Shown here one piece after another: positions 48,970 to 57,863 of a DNA stretch of 64,000 nt (its first letter is position 1; each line of letters opens with the position of its first letter). Position numbers and translations under genes: made by a program. Origin of the DNA: Polyangiales bacterium (GTDB taxonomy: Bacteria > Myxococcota_A > Polyangia > Polyangiales > Polyangiaceae); contig JBBRLQ010000027.1 in NCBI GenBank assembly GCA_038231275.1, positions 1 through 64,000 of the forward strand, written 5' to 3'. A model generated the notes under the pieces. It searched no databases, was not told the DNA's origin, and saw nothing but the letters and a program-made list of their open reading frames with translations.

Positions 48970-48973
<4 letters not shown>

Positions 48974-49281
48974 GGGTTCTCCCCTTTGCGCTTCTGCGAC
49001 TGCGACAGCTCGATGGCTTTGTTCGCGTACTCCTCGGCCGTCTCCGCGTAGGCGGCGGCGTCGCTGTAGCTCGCCTCGCTCGCCTCGACCTGGGCCTGCC
49101 GCAGGTGCTCCTTGGCGAAGTAGTACTCGTACGGCGCGAACTGCTCGGCGCCGACCGCCTTCGCGTGCTCGAGCCGGCTCGACGCCGCGTTCACCGTCGC
49201 CGCGTAGTACACGCCGCCGCACGCTTGAACCGAGAAGGCCGCAAGCATCAACGCAGCGCCGACGAGGAAGCGAATGCTCAT
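48970..49281 (-). CDS. DUF4398-like lipoprotein
   Basis: Lipobox VQAC, A...GAEQFAPYEY..A..HL..A. Precedes the OmpA gene. Confidence 0.8.
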
Positions 49282-49330
49282 CTGAACTCGACGCTAACTC
49301 AGCAGGTCCGCCAGCGGCAAGACCGTCCTA

Positions 49331-50017
49331 TCAGATCCGGCGGAAGACGCCGACGACCACGCCGAGGAGCATCGTCGGCTTGAAGTCCATCGCGCGGACG
49401 AGGATGGGGGCCATCGTCTTGTTCGCGGGCTGGAAGCGGACGTAGTCCTTCTCCGGGTAGTAGTACTTCACGGTCGCCTCGTCCCCGATGAGGGCCACGA
49501 CGATGTCGCCGCGCTGCGCCGTGAGCTGCTTTCGCACGAAGATGTAGTCGCCGGTCAGGATCCCGGCGTCGATCATCGAGTCGCCGTGGACCTTGAGGCC
49601 GAAGACCTCTCGCCCGCCCTTCAGGAGACCGCGGTCGATGCGGACCGTGTCGATGACCTGCTCCTCGGCGAAGAGCGGAAGGCCCGCCGCGACGCGCCCA
49701 AGGATCTGGACGTCGATCATGTCGTCGTCGTTCGCGGGAAGGGCGAGCGGAACTTGGTCGCCTGCGCCCGTCTTTGCGGCAGCGCCGTTCATGCCGTTGG
49801 GCGGCGACGTCGTCGGGCGGAGGGCGCGGGACTTCATGTCCTCCCGCGTCAGGTAGCCTTTACGCTCGAGCGCGCGGAGGTGATCGTTCACCCCGTTCGT
49901 CGAGCGGATGCCCATTCGGGCCCCGATCTCGCGGAGCGTCGGGGGATACCCGCGGTCCGTGATCGACTGCCGGATGAAATCCAGGACCATCTGCTGACGT
50001 TGGGTGAGACCCTGCAT
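49331..50017 (-). CDS. lexA: SOS repressor LexA
   Basis: LTQRQ...GYPPTLREI, VAAG cleavage site, GDSM, ATVK. Confidence 0.97.
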   Translation of the reverse strand: MQGLTQRQQMVLDFIRQSITDRGYPPTLREIGARMGIRSTNGVNDHLRALERKGYLTREDMKSRALRPTTSPPNGMNGAAAKTGAGDQVPLALPANDDDMIDVQILGRVAAGLPLFAEEQVIDTVRIDRGLLKGGREVFGLKVHGDSMIDAGILTGDYIFVRKQLTAQRGDIVVALIGDEATVKYYYPEKDYVRFQPANKTMAPILVRAMDFKPTMLLGVVVGVFRRI

Positions 50018-50019
50018 GG

Positions 50020-50055
50020 CTGAACAAGGATACTGAACACCCGTCACCGCGTCAA
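50020..50055 (-). promoter_or_regulatory. lexA promoter with two TGTTCAG half-sites flanking the -10 box
   Basis: Minus strand TTGACG-17 nt-TATCCT. Sequence TGTTCAG-TATCCT-TGTTCAG-CC-ATG. Confidence 0.75.
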
Positions 50056-50217
50056 GTATTCCGGCGCAAATATGCGTACCTGTGCGCCACAGCTCGCGTA
50101 GCTCTCCACATCTTCTCCAGTTTTTGCCCTGTTTTTCCCCAACTTACACGTGCGCGCGTCTCTCACCTGAGGTGCGAGAGCGATCGCGCGGCGGGGAGTG
50201 CTCGACGGCCGACGTCG

Positions 50218-50706
50218 TCAGAATTTCCCGCTCGTCGACAGGAAGGTCAGCTTGTCGTTCGTCTCGCGGAGGCGGCCGGCCAGGGTACGGACGCAGCTCC
50301 AGAGGACCTCGTAGGCGAGGTCTTTGTGCAAAAAGAGGAGATCGTCGAACGAGTCCTTCGCGATCACCAGCAAGCGGCAGCGCTCGTGGGCGCGCGCATC
50401 GGCCGAGCGCGTCGCCTCGTCGAGGAGCGCCATCTCCCCGAACACCTCGCCCTGCGCCAGCACGGCGAGGGCCTCTTCGCCCATCCCCGCCACCTCTCTC
50501 GAGATGCGGACCTTGCCCTCGAGGATGATGAAGAGCTTGTCGCCGAGATCGCCGTACTGGAAAATCCGGGTACCCAGCGCGTGCGTCTCTTCGGTGGTGA
50601 CCTGAGCGATCAGCGCCATCGCCTCGCGGGTGAGCCCCTCGAAGAACGACACCTTGGCGAGCTGTTCCTCGCGTTCGGAGAGCTGGCTTTGCGGGGCGGC
50701 GGTCAA
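50218..50706 (-). CDS. Cyclic nucleotide-binding domain protein
   Basis: LFIILEGKVRI, FGEMALLD...RSADA. Confidence 0.9.
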   Translation of the reverse strand: MTAAPQSQLSEREEQLAKVSFFEGLTREAMALIAQVTTEETHALGTRIFQYGDLGDKLFIILEGKVRISREVAGMGEEALAVLAQGEVFGEMALLDEATRSADARAHERCRLLVIAKDSFDDLLFLHKDLAYEVLWSCVRTLAGRLRETNDKLTFLSTSGKF

Positions 50707-50771
50707 GTGATGGTCCAGGTTACCCTCGTCCTTTTCAAAGTGCGAGATTGCGCCGATGATGCGTCCCGAGC

Positions 50772-51491
50772 ATGGACCAACATCAACCGATCGTGGTGCT
50801 GGGCTTCGGAGAAGCCGCCGGCCATTGGGCGCAGGCGCTGAGCCACAACGGCCACCGCGCCGTCCTCGCGGACCCGTTCACATTCGTCCCCCCTTCGCCG
50901 GGCCACGGGCCGCGCCCCATCAAGTGCGTCGTCATCGACACCGCCCTCGACATCACGCCAAACCTCCTCCAAGCCGTCCGCGGCGCCGGCATCCCCGCGA
51001 TCCTCGCGACCAGCCCTCACATCCCGCAAAACCCCAACCGCGATCCCCTCACCCACTACGGCACGTGGATCGCGGACGCCTACGTCGGCTCCGCCGAAGA
51101 GCTCGTTCACGCCGTCCCCATCGTCCTCGACACGAACACGAGCCCGGACGGCGCCGCGCTCCACCTGACGTATCGCGGCTCGATCCCCCCGATGGAAGCC
51201 GCCTTCCCCATCGGCACCGCCTTTCCCCTCCGCGAAGGCGCCGCCTGCTTCATCGGCCGCAGTCGCGCCAGCACCGTCATGCTCGGCTCCCCCCACGTCG
51301 GCCGCATGCACGCCATGATCGCCGCCATCCCCGGCGGCGAAAAACGCGCAGCCATGATGGATCTCCAATCCCACAACGGCTCGTACGTCAAAGGCCAGCG
51401 CGTCGGCGGCGACGTCCTCTCCCCCGGCGACGAGCTCGCAATCGCCGGCTACCGCTTCGTCTTGGAGTGCTTGCCTTCTTATTCGGCGTGA
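50772..51491 (+). CDS. FHA domain protein
   Basis: C-terminal IGRS...VGRMHA...DLQSHNGSYV...LSPGDEL. Confidence 0.8.
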   Translation: MDQHQPIVVLGFGEAAGHWAQALSHNGHRAVLADPFTFVPPSPGHGPRPIKCVVIDTALDITPNLLQAVRGAGIPAILATSPHIPQNPNRDPLTHYGTWIADAYVGSAEELVHAVPIVLDTNTSPDGAALHLTYRGSIPPMEAAFPIGTAFPLREGAACFIGRSRASTVMLGSPHVGRMHAMIAAIPGGEKRAAMMDLQSHNGSYVKGQRVGGDVLSPGDELAIAGYRFVLECLPSYSA

Positions 51492-51652
51492 GCCGAATAA
51501 GAATTTACTGGTTGTGTGGGCTCGCCGCCCCCCCATCGCTTCGCGCTGGGGGCCCCCCGGCATCGCCTACGGCGAAGGCGCGCTGCGCACGCCGGCGTCG
51601 GGAAACGCGGTGGAGATGGCCGTCGTGGTGCGGAAAGAGATAATGACGGGCA

Positions 51653-52078
51653 ATGGGAGCGCTCTCGCATCTCCACGATGGACGGATCATCGGGTACGAC
51701 GTTCGCGGCGAAGCCCGGCGCATTGTCATTTACGTGAGGCCGGAGGCCACCGATGCACGCCTCCAGCTCCTCACGTTCGAAGGTGTGATCGCCTATCGCT
51801 TCGACGACGTAGCCGACGTCAGCATCCTTCTCGACGTCGAAGAGATCGCGCCCGCCCGCTTCCTCGCGAAGGAGTGGCCACAAATTAGTGCGGGCTACCA
51901 CAGATCAGGAGCCCCCGGCGGCCCCGCGCCATGGGGAACCTCGCAGGAGAAAGTCCTCGCATACCTCATCGAGCACGCCACGAAGGCCTTCGTCCTCGAG
52001 CCAACCTGGGGCATGTCAGGCTGGGTCCTCGCACGGTCCGCCGTCGTCACCGAAGCCCCCGCAAACCGCGACCCCTAA
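51653..52078 (+). CDS. Hypothetical protein
   Basis: 141-aa ORF with protein-like composition. No motif I can name. Confidence 0.7.
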   Translation: MGALSHLHDGRIIGYDVRGEARRIVIYVRPEATDARLQLLTFEGVIAYRFDDVADVSILLDVEEIAPARFLAKEWPQISAGYHRSGAPGGPAPWGTSQEKVLAYLIEHATKAFVLEPTWGMSGWVLARSAVVTEAPANRDP

Positions 52079-52106
52079 AACCACACCCTGGCAACGAGCG
52101 TCCAAA

Positions 52107-52249
52107 GCCTCCTTGCCCGGGGCGTCGCGCGGCGCCGAGCACAACTGGAAAAGGCGTGACGGCGCGAGCCCGCCCCTTCCGTGCGCTCCGTCGCGCCGGC
52201 GCGACTTTTCCGGCTCCGAGGCGCGGCGCGGCGCCCCGGGCAAGGAGGC
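52107..52249. repeat. Long intergenic inverted-repeat element between convergent genes
   Basis: GCCTCCTTGCCCGGGGCGTCGCGC ... GCGCGGCGCCCCGGGCAAGGAGGC, plus inner GGAAAAG/CTTTTCC. Confidence 0.75.
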
Positions 52250-52257
52250 GTGCGTGC

Positions 52258-53226
52258 CTAGTGCTCGCCGTTCATGGCAAGCCAGCGCTCCGCCTCGAGC
52301 GCCGCCATGCAGCCGGTCCCCGCCGCGGTTACTGCCTGGCGGTACGTGAAGTCCTGCACGTCGCCGCACGCGAACACGCCGACCTTGCTCGTCTGCGTCG
52401 TCCCCGGCTTCACCTTGATGTAGCCGTTGTCGTGCAAGTCGAGCACGCCCGTGAAGAGGTCCGTGTTCGGCGTGTGCCCGATCGCGACGAAGAACCCGGT
52501 GATCGGGACCACCATGGTCTCGTTCGTCTTCATGTTCTTCACGCGCGCGCCCGTCACCGCCTGCTTCGACACGTCGAGGATCTCCTCGATCACGGTGTTG
52601 TAGAGCACCTTCACCTTCGGGTTTTTCAGCACGCGATCCTGCATCGCCTTGCTCGCGCGGAACTCCTCGCGACGGTGCACGAGCGTCACCGACTTGCAGA
52701 TCCCCGACAGGTACATCGACTCTTCCATCGCCGTGTCACCGCCGCCGATGACCATCACGTCCTGGTTCTTGAAGAACGCGCCGTCGCACACCGCGCACGC
52801 CGAGACTCCGTAGTTCTGCAGCGCCTTCTCGCTCGGCAGCCCCAGCCACTTCGCCTGCGCGCCCGTCGCGATGACGATCGTCTCGCCGTAGTGATCGCTC
52901 TCGCCGTCGAGCCCGCTCGCCGTCACCTTGAACGGGCGCTTCGACAGATCCACCTTCACCACGTCCTCGGTCACCACCTCGACGCCCTGGTGGATGGACT
53001 GATCGCGGAACGCCTTCATGAGATCCGGCCCGGTGATCTTCGCGGGGAAGCCCGGGTAGTTCTCGACCTCGTTCGTGATCATGAGCTGCCCGCCGGGGAT
53101 GCCGCCTTTGGTCATGCCCTCGAACATCAACGGCTTCAGGTTCGCGCGCGCCGCGTAGATGCCGGCGGTGTGACCCGCGGGGCCCGAGCCGATGATGATG
53201 ACCTTGCGGGGGGTAGTGCTGCTCAT
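52258..53226 (-). CDS. trxB: Thioredoxin reductase
   Basis: GSGPAG, GGQL, SACAVCDG, GGGDTAMEE, YRQAVTAAG. Confidence 0.97.
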   Translation of the reverse strand: MSSTTPRKVIIIGSGPAGHTAGIYAARANLKPLMFEGMTKGGIPGGQLMITNEVENYPGFPAKITGPDLMKAFRDQSIHQGVEVVTEDVVKVDLSKRPFKVTASGLDGESDHYGETIVIATGAQAKWLGLPSEKALQNYGVSACAVCDGAFFKNQDVMVIGGGDTAMEESMYLSGICKSVTLVHRREEFRASKAMQDRVLKNPKVKVLYNTVIEEILDVSKQAVTGARVKNMKTNETMVVPITGFFVAIGHTPNTDLFTGVLDLHDNGYIKVKPGTTQTSKVGVFACGDVQDFTYRQAVTAAGTGCMAALEAERWLAMNGEH

Positions 53227-53260
53227 GCGTCCTTCCTTGTGCGAAACGAGCTCGAACGGC

Positions 53261-54958
53261 TCAGAAGCGGTACGCGACGCCGAAGTTGATGGTGTTGACG
53301 CTGTTCCAGATGGTGCCGAGGTTGACGGGCCAGTTCGTCCGGTACTTCTGCTTCCCGTCGGTGCACGTGTCCGGCTGGCTCGGCGACCCGGGGTTGTTCC
53401 CAGAAGGATTGCACGCAACGCCTGCGATGCCATTCATGCCGGGCGCGTTCCTGTCGTTGGCGCCTTGGTCCTGTTTGGCGAAGAAAATGTGGCCGTAGCC
53501 GAGCGAGAACTCGAGCGCGCTCTTGCTCTCCGAATTGCCGAGCTTGAGGCGGTAGGTGCCGCCGAGCGCGAAGCCGAAGCGCGCGGCGCCGGCGAAATCG
53601 ATGCTCTGGTACTGCTGATCTTGGCCGTTCGTCTCCGCGAAGACGCCGCCGCGAAGTGCGAGCTGATCCGGCAGCACGTTGTAGTCGCCGCCGAGGCGCA
53701 CGCCGAAGACGTCCTTGAAGTGCTTGGGCACGTCGGCGCTCGGCGGGAGCGTGCCGCCGGCGATGCCGTTGACGGGGATGACGCCGTCGCCGTTCGCGTT
53801 GCCGGGGAAGCGGATCTTGAACGAGTCGAGCGCGCTGTTGTTCGCCCACGTCAGATCGAGCTCGGCGTCCCACGCGTCTTGCGACATCGGATCGCGGCGG
53901 TGCGTCAACTTCGGCGTGGGCGGCGGCTCTTCTCCCTCGACCACCGGCGTCGCACGCAGCTTGTGGTAGCGGAAGCCGAGCTTGGCCTCCATGGGGATTG
54001 TCGCCTTGATGGTCGCGTTCTTCCCGCTGCCGCAGATGTTGGTGGACTGGCCGTAGCCGCAGTCGGCCGCCGACGTGTCGGTCCCCTTCACGCCGGCCGT
54101 GTCGCCCGACTGCACCGCCTTGGTGAAATAGTTCGAGTCGGTGACGACGTCGCCGGTCGCGTTGATCGGCGCGCTCCACTTGTACCAAGCGGCGATGTCG
54201 ATCGACGGCGTGGCGCTGTAAATCGCGCCGAGCGTGAAACCGGGGATGAAGAACTGCTTCACTTGAACGAGACCGCGGACATCGTTCTGATCGGGGCGCG
54301 TGCTGTCGGCGTTCAGCGCCATGCTGGAGTTCTGGAGGTGGAGGCTCGCGATGCCAAACTGGAAGCTCCCGCCGATGCGGAGGTTGTCGATCACCTCCCA
54401 GCCGACGGCGAGCGTCGGGTTGAACTGGAGACCGTCGGTCTTGAGGAGCAGGTAGCGCTGCGGCGCGGGGTTTGCGCCGTTCACGAACTCCGGCCATTTC
54501 TGGCGGCCGGCGGCGTTGGGGCCGAGCAGAGAGATCGCCAGGCCGAGGCGCTCGTTGACGCGGTACGCGAACGAGATCTGCGGGTTCAAGAACGGCGCGA
54601 TGTCGTTGCACACGCGCGGGAAGAGCGCGGACCTCGGATCGTTCGGATCGGACGAGAGGAGCCCCGACTCGAGCGTCGTGTCGCCGGCGGCGTACACGCG
54701 CGACATGCACGTGTGCTGCACGATCACGTTCACGTCGAGCGAGAGCTTCGTGTCCTGCCCGGCGAGCCCGGCCGGGTTGTAGTACGCGGCGTTCGGCGTA
54801 CTCGCGCGCGCGACCCACGCGCCGCCGCGCTGCATCTGTTCGGAGCCGCCTTCGCCGACCTCGAGGACGTTGGAGGCGCCGGCGCCGCGCGCGGCGAGCA
54901 CCCCCGCCGAGACGGTGGAAAGCACGAAGAGTGAGCGAAGGCGATTGGACAAAGCCAT
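53261..54958 (-). CDS. FadL/OmpP1-family outer-membrane transport protein
   Basis: Signal peptide, RGGAWVARA...YYNPAGL, QRY, terminal YRF. Confidence 0.85.
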   Translation of the reverse strand: MALSNRLRSLFVLSTVSAGVLAARGAGASNVLEVGEGGSEQMQRGGAWVARASTPNAAYYNPAGLAGQDTKLSLDVNVIVQHTCMSRVYAAGDTTLESGLLSSDPNDPRSALFPRVCNDIAPFLNPQISFAYRVNERLGLAISLLGPNAAGRQKWPEFVNGANPAPQRYLLLKTDGLQFNPTLAVGWEVIDNLRIGGSFQFGIASLHLQNSSMALNADSTRPDQNDVRGLVQVKQFFIPGFTLGAIYSATPSIDIAAWYKWSAPINATGDVVTDSNYFTKAVQSGDTAGVKGTDTSAADCGYGQSTNICGSGKNATIKATIPMEAKLGFRYHKLRATPVVEGEEPPPTPKLTHRRDPMSQDAWDAELDLTWANNSALDSFKIRFPGNANGDGVIPVNGIAGGTLPPSADVPKHFKDVFGVRLGGDYNVLPDQLALRGGVFAETNGQDQQYQSIDFAGAARFGFALGGTYRLKLGNSESKSALEFSLGYGHIFFAKQDQGANDRNAPGMNGIAGVACNPSGNNPGSPSQPDTCTDGKQKYRTNWPVNLGTIWNSVNTINFGVAYRF

Positions 54959-54990
54959 CTGGGTGGTCCCCGGAAACTGGTTAGTGGGAG

Positions 54991-56982
54991 CTAATCCTTG
55001 ATCGGCGTCGCCTTGAGCGAGGCGCGGCCTTCCTTCACGTAGACGGCGAACCTTACACGCTTGCAGCCGTGGCGTTGCATCAGCGCGTCGCGGTTCTTGC
55101 GCAGGGTCTGGGCGAATTTCTCGAAGGTGAGGCCCTCGGTCGGCTCGCCGCATTCGCGCTTCTTGCGGATGAAATCGTCGTAGACGCCGAGCCACTCCTC
55201 GGTTCCGTCCTCGGCGGCCCTGGCGCTCTCGCCGGTCGCGGCCGCGAGGACGTCCGCGGGAACTTGGCCGACCATCGTGGCCTCGTCCTCTTCGGCGGGC
55301 GTGTGCAGGCCGGGGACGCCCCCTTGAAGCGGCGACAGCGCGGCTTGCGTCGGCTCGTACGCGTCGGCGGGGTGCTGCTGGTGGTGCTGCGCGCCTGGCG
55401 ACGACGGAGGCCCGCCGAGCGCGGTCGTCTGCGCGAAGGGAGACGTCGCGGGCATGCCGGCGTTCGGGCGCGGCGGCGGGAACGGATTGGGACCTGCGTT
55501 GGGACCTGCGTTCGGGCGCGGCGGCGGACCCGGCGGACCCATGTGACCGCCGTGATGCTGCTGTTGTTGCTGCTGCATCTGGTGACCGAAATTTCCAGGA
55601 CCGTTCTGCGGCGGCCCTTGCGGGCGCATCTGGTGCGAGCCGGTGCCAGGGTTCGGCTGCGGCGGACCCGGCGGACGGAACGGGCTCGGCGGTGGGCCAC
55701 CCGGACCACCCGGGCTCATCTGCGGCGGAACGGAGCCGTCGGGCAACGGGAACGAGAACGCGCTCATCGCGGGCTGCGCGGGGACCGGTCCCAGGATGGA
55801 CTCCAAATCGGCGGGCTTTCGCGCCGCGCCGCCGCCCCGCTCCAGCACGCGCTCGATGCCCTGGTTCACGTCCTGCGCGATCGGGCGGTATCCGCCGCGA
55901 AAACGCGGGAGCTGGAAATAATCGAGCTCTCCCTTGCGAAGCTTCCTCGCCTGCGCCGCGAGCTCTCCCATGGGCAGCGAGTGCTCCAGGAACGAGAAGA
56001 GGATGCCGAGCGTCGCGCCGAGGAGGACGACGGCGGCGAGCACGAACCAGTTGACGCTCTTCTTGTCGGTGTCGTCGGCGCCCGAGAGAAATCCGAGCGG
56101 CCCTTTGATGCTGACGCGAGGACGCAAGACCGAGAAGCCCGCGCCGAGATCCCACGCGTCGCCGGGGAGGCGCGCGTACATGGCGCCGACGTCGGGCGAG
56201 AGCGCGTGCACGTCGCTGCGGCCCGAGTCCTTGTAGATCTTGTCGTCGACGAGCTTCGGCAGATCGGCCGCGAGGAGCTCGAACGCGGCGTCGTCGAATT
56301 TTTCACCGGAGCCTTCGTACGACGCCATCGCGACGCGCTGGTTGCCGGCATAAAAGGCGATGTTGGTGCGCGCGCGCTTCGCCAGATCCTTGGCGAACTG
56401 CGGATCGACGGCGCGGATCGCGACGATGGCGCCGACCGGCGGCTGCGTCGAGTCGTCCTCTACCGGGCGAGAGACCACGCGATAGATCTTGCCGCCCCAC
56501 ACCCAGGTGTCGTCGCGCAGGTAGCCATGCAGCGCATCGAAGACCGCGGGGTAGCCGCCGAGCTCGAACTCGCCGTTGCTGTTTACCTGCTCGAAGCCGA
56601 CCTGGGCGATGACCCGGCCATCGCGATCGACGGCGAAGATCGCGTCGGGTTTGTAGTCGACGAATTTGCCCTGGATGTCCCCGAGCGCCCTCTTCGCGTC
56701 GTCGCGCGCCTTCTGCGGGATCTTGTCGGTGTCTTTGCCGTTGGCGGCGCCGAGCGACGCGCGCACGGTGGGATCGACGCTGCCGGGCAGGAGCAAATCG
56801 AGCCGCCTGCGCGCATCGATCTGGAGCGCCCAGCCGACGGTCTGGCTGTCCGACGCGAGGCCTTCGTTCATCGCCACGCCGTTGCGCCGGTTGTACTGCC
56901 CGACGGCCACGTACACGGCGTAGAGCGACACGCCGAGCAAGATGCTGATGAGCACGTACCAGAAGCGCGACAGGAGCATCAT
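54991..56982 (-). CDS. MXAN_5187 family membrane protein
   Basis: TM-periplasmic-TM, Pro/Gly/Gln-rich linker, C-terminal FEKF...L.KNR...VRFAVYVKEGRASLKATP. Confidence 0.8.
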   Translation of the reverse strand: MMLLSRFWYVLISILLGVSLYAVYVAVGQYNRRNGVAMNEGLASDSQTVGWALQIDARRRLDLLLPGSVDPTVRASLGAANGKDTDKIPQKARDDAKRALGDIQGKFVDYKPDAIFAVDRDGRVIAQVGFEQVNSNGEFELGGYPAVFDALHGYLRDDTWVWGGKIYRVVSRPVEDDSTQPPVGAIVAIRAVDPQFAKDLAKRARTNIAFYAGNQRVAMASYEGSGEKFDDAAFELLAADLPKLVDDKIYKDSGRSDVHALSPDVGAMYARLPGDAWDLGAGFSVLRPRVSIKGPLGFLSGADDTDKKSVNWFVLAAVVLLGATLGILFSFLEHSLPMGELAAQARKLRKGELDYFQLPRFRGGYRPIAQDVNQGIERVLERGGGAARKPADLESILGPVPAQPAMSAFSFPLPDGSVPPQMSPGGPGGPPPSPFRPPGPPQPNPGTGSHQMRPQGPPQNGPGNFGHQMQQQQQQHHGGHMGPPGPPPRPNAGPNAGPNPFPPPRPNAGMPATSPFAQTTALGGPPSSPGAQHHQQHPADAYEPTQAALSPLQGGVPGLHTPAEEDEATMVGQVPADVLAAATGESARAAEDGTEEWLGVYDDFIRKKRECGEPTEGLTFEKFAQTLRKNRDALMQRHGCKRVRFAVYVKEGRASLKATPIKD

Positions 56983-57734
56983 TTCGGAGGTGCTCCCGGC
57001 GCGGGCGGGGCGGGTGCCTCCGCCAGGTTGAACGGGTCCTTCATCGTGAAGGGCCCCTTGTCCTTCACGGTCACGGCCGACGTCCCGACGAGCCGCCCGT
57101 TGAAGAACGCCTTCAGGACGTACTCGCCGGACGAGAGGTTCAGCTCGAACGCGCCGTCACGACCGGGGTACGCGATGTCGGCGACGAACTGATCGACGAG
57201 GATGAACGAGCGCAGGCTCGGGAAGAGCTCGTCGCGCACCTCGAACTTACCGCCGCCCGCGGGCAGCGAAAACTCGCGCTGCATGTTCGGGTTGATCGTC
57301 TCCGCGCGCCAGGTCTGGCTGTCCTTGATGTAGAGGCGGTGCGGGAACGGATCGAAGTTCTTGAACGCGAGGCGCGTGCCGTTCGAGATGGCGATCGTCG
57401 CCGGGACGGTTCGTCCCCCCGTGATCTTGATGAGGTGGGCCGGCTCGTGCGCGGGCTGCTGCTGCTGCGAGATCGCGGCGACGCAGATCTCGCGGAGCGG
57501 GTTGCCCGAGAGGACGCGGAACTCCGGCTTCACCGTCGGTGACGGCTCGCGCCAGGTGTACCGGTGCGCGTCGGGCTTCGCGGCCTCGGCGTAGACGTCC
57601 GGGACGAGCTTCTCCTGGCCGTTGATCCGACCGCGGACGGGACCGGCGAAGGCCGCGCCGGTGGCGACGAGGATCGCGAAGGCGAGGAGCGTGGAGCGTT
57701 GAATCGAGGGAAGGTGCCGAATCATGCATTTCAT
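56979..57734 (-). CDS. Exported hypothetical protein (cupredoxin-like N.D...H motif)
   Basis: Signal peptide, FKNFDPFPH. Overlaps the next gene by 4 nt. Confidence 0.7.
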   Translation of the reverse strand: MKCMIRHLPSIQRSTLLAFAILVATGAAFAGPVRGRINGQEKLVPDVYAEAAKPDAHRYTWREPSPTVKPEFRVLSGNPLREICVAAISQQQQPAHEPAHLIKITGGRTVPATIAISNGTRLAFKNFDPFPHRLYIKDSQTWRAETINPNMQREFSLPAGGGKFEVRDELFPSLRSFILVDQFVADIAYPGRDGAFELNLSSGEYVLKAFFNGRLVGTSAVTVKDKGPFTMKDPFNLAEAPAPPAPGAPPK

Positions 57735-57863
57735 CCGCGCGACTTCGGCCCAAGACGGCAGAGTTGCGAAGCGGCGGCGCGAGGGGTCTTCTAACTTTGC
57801 GAGACTGCTTGCGAAGACAAACGGTACCCTTATGCCGCAACCGGTGTAAACGGCTTTGGAAGC

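Noticed and set aside
49282..49302. GTTCAG directly before the DUF4398 start as a second LexA site
   Set aside because: Single half-site with no properly spaced partner.
54959..56155. Long N-terminal extension of the FadL-like ORF
   Set aside because: Alternate frame of the MXAN_5187-family gene. The signal peptide begins at 54958.
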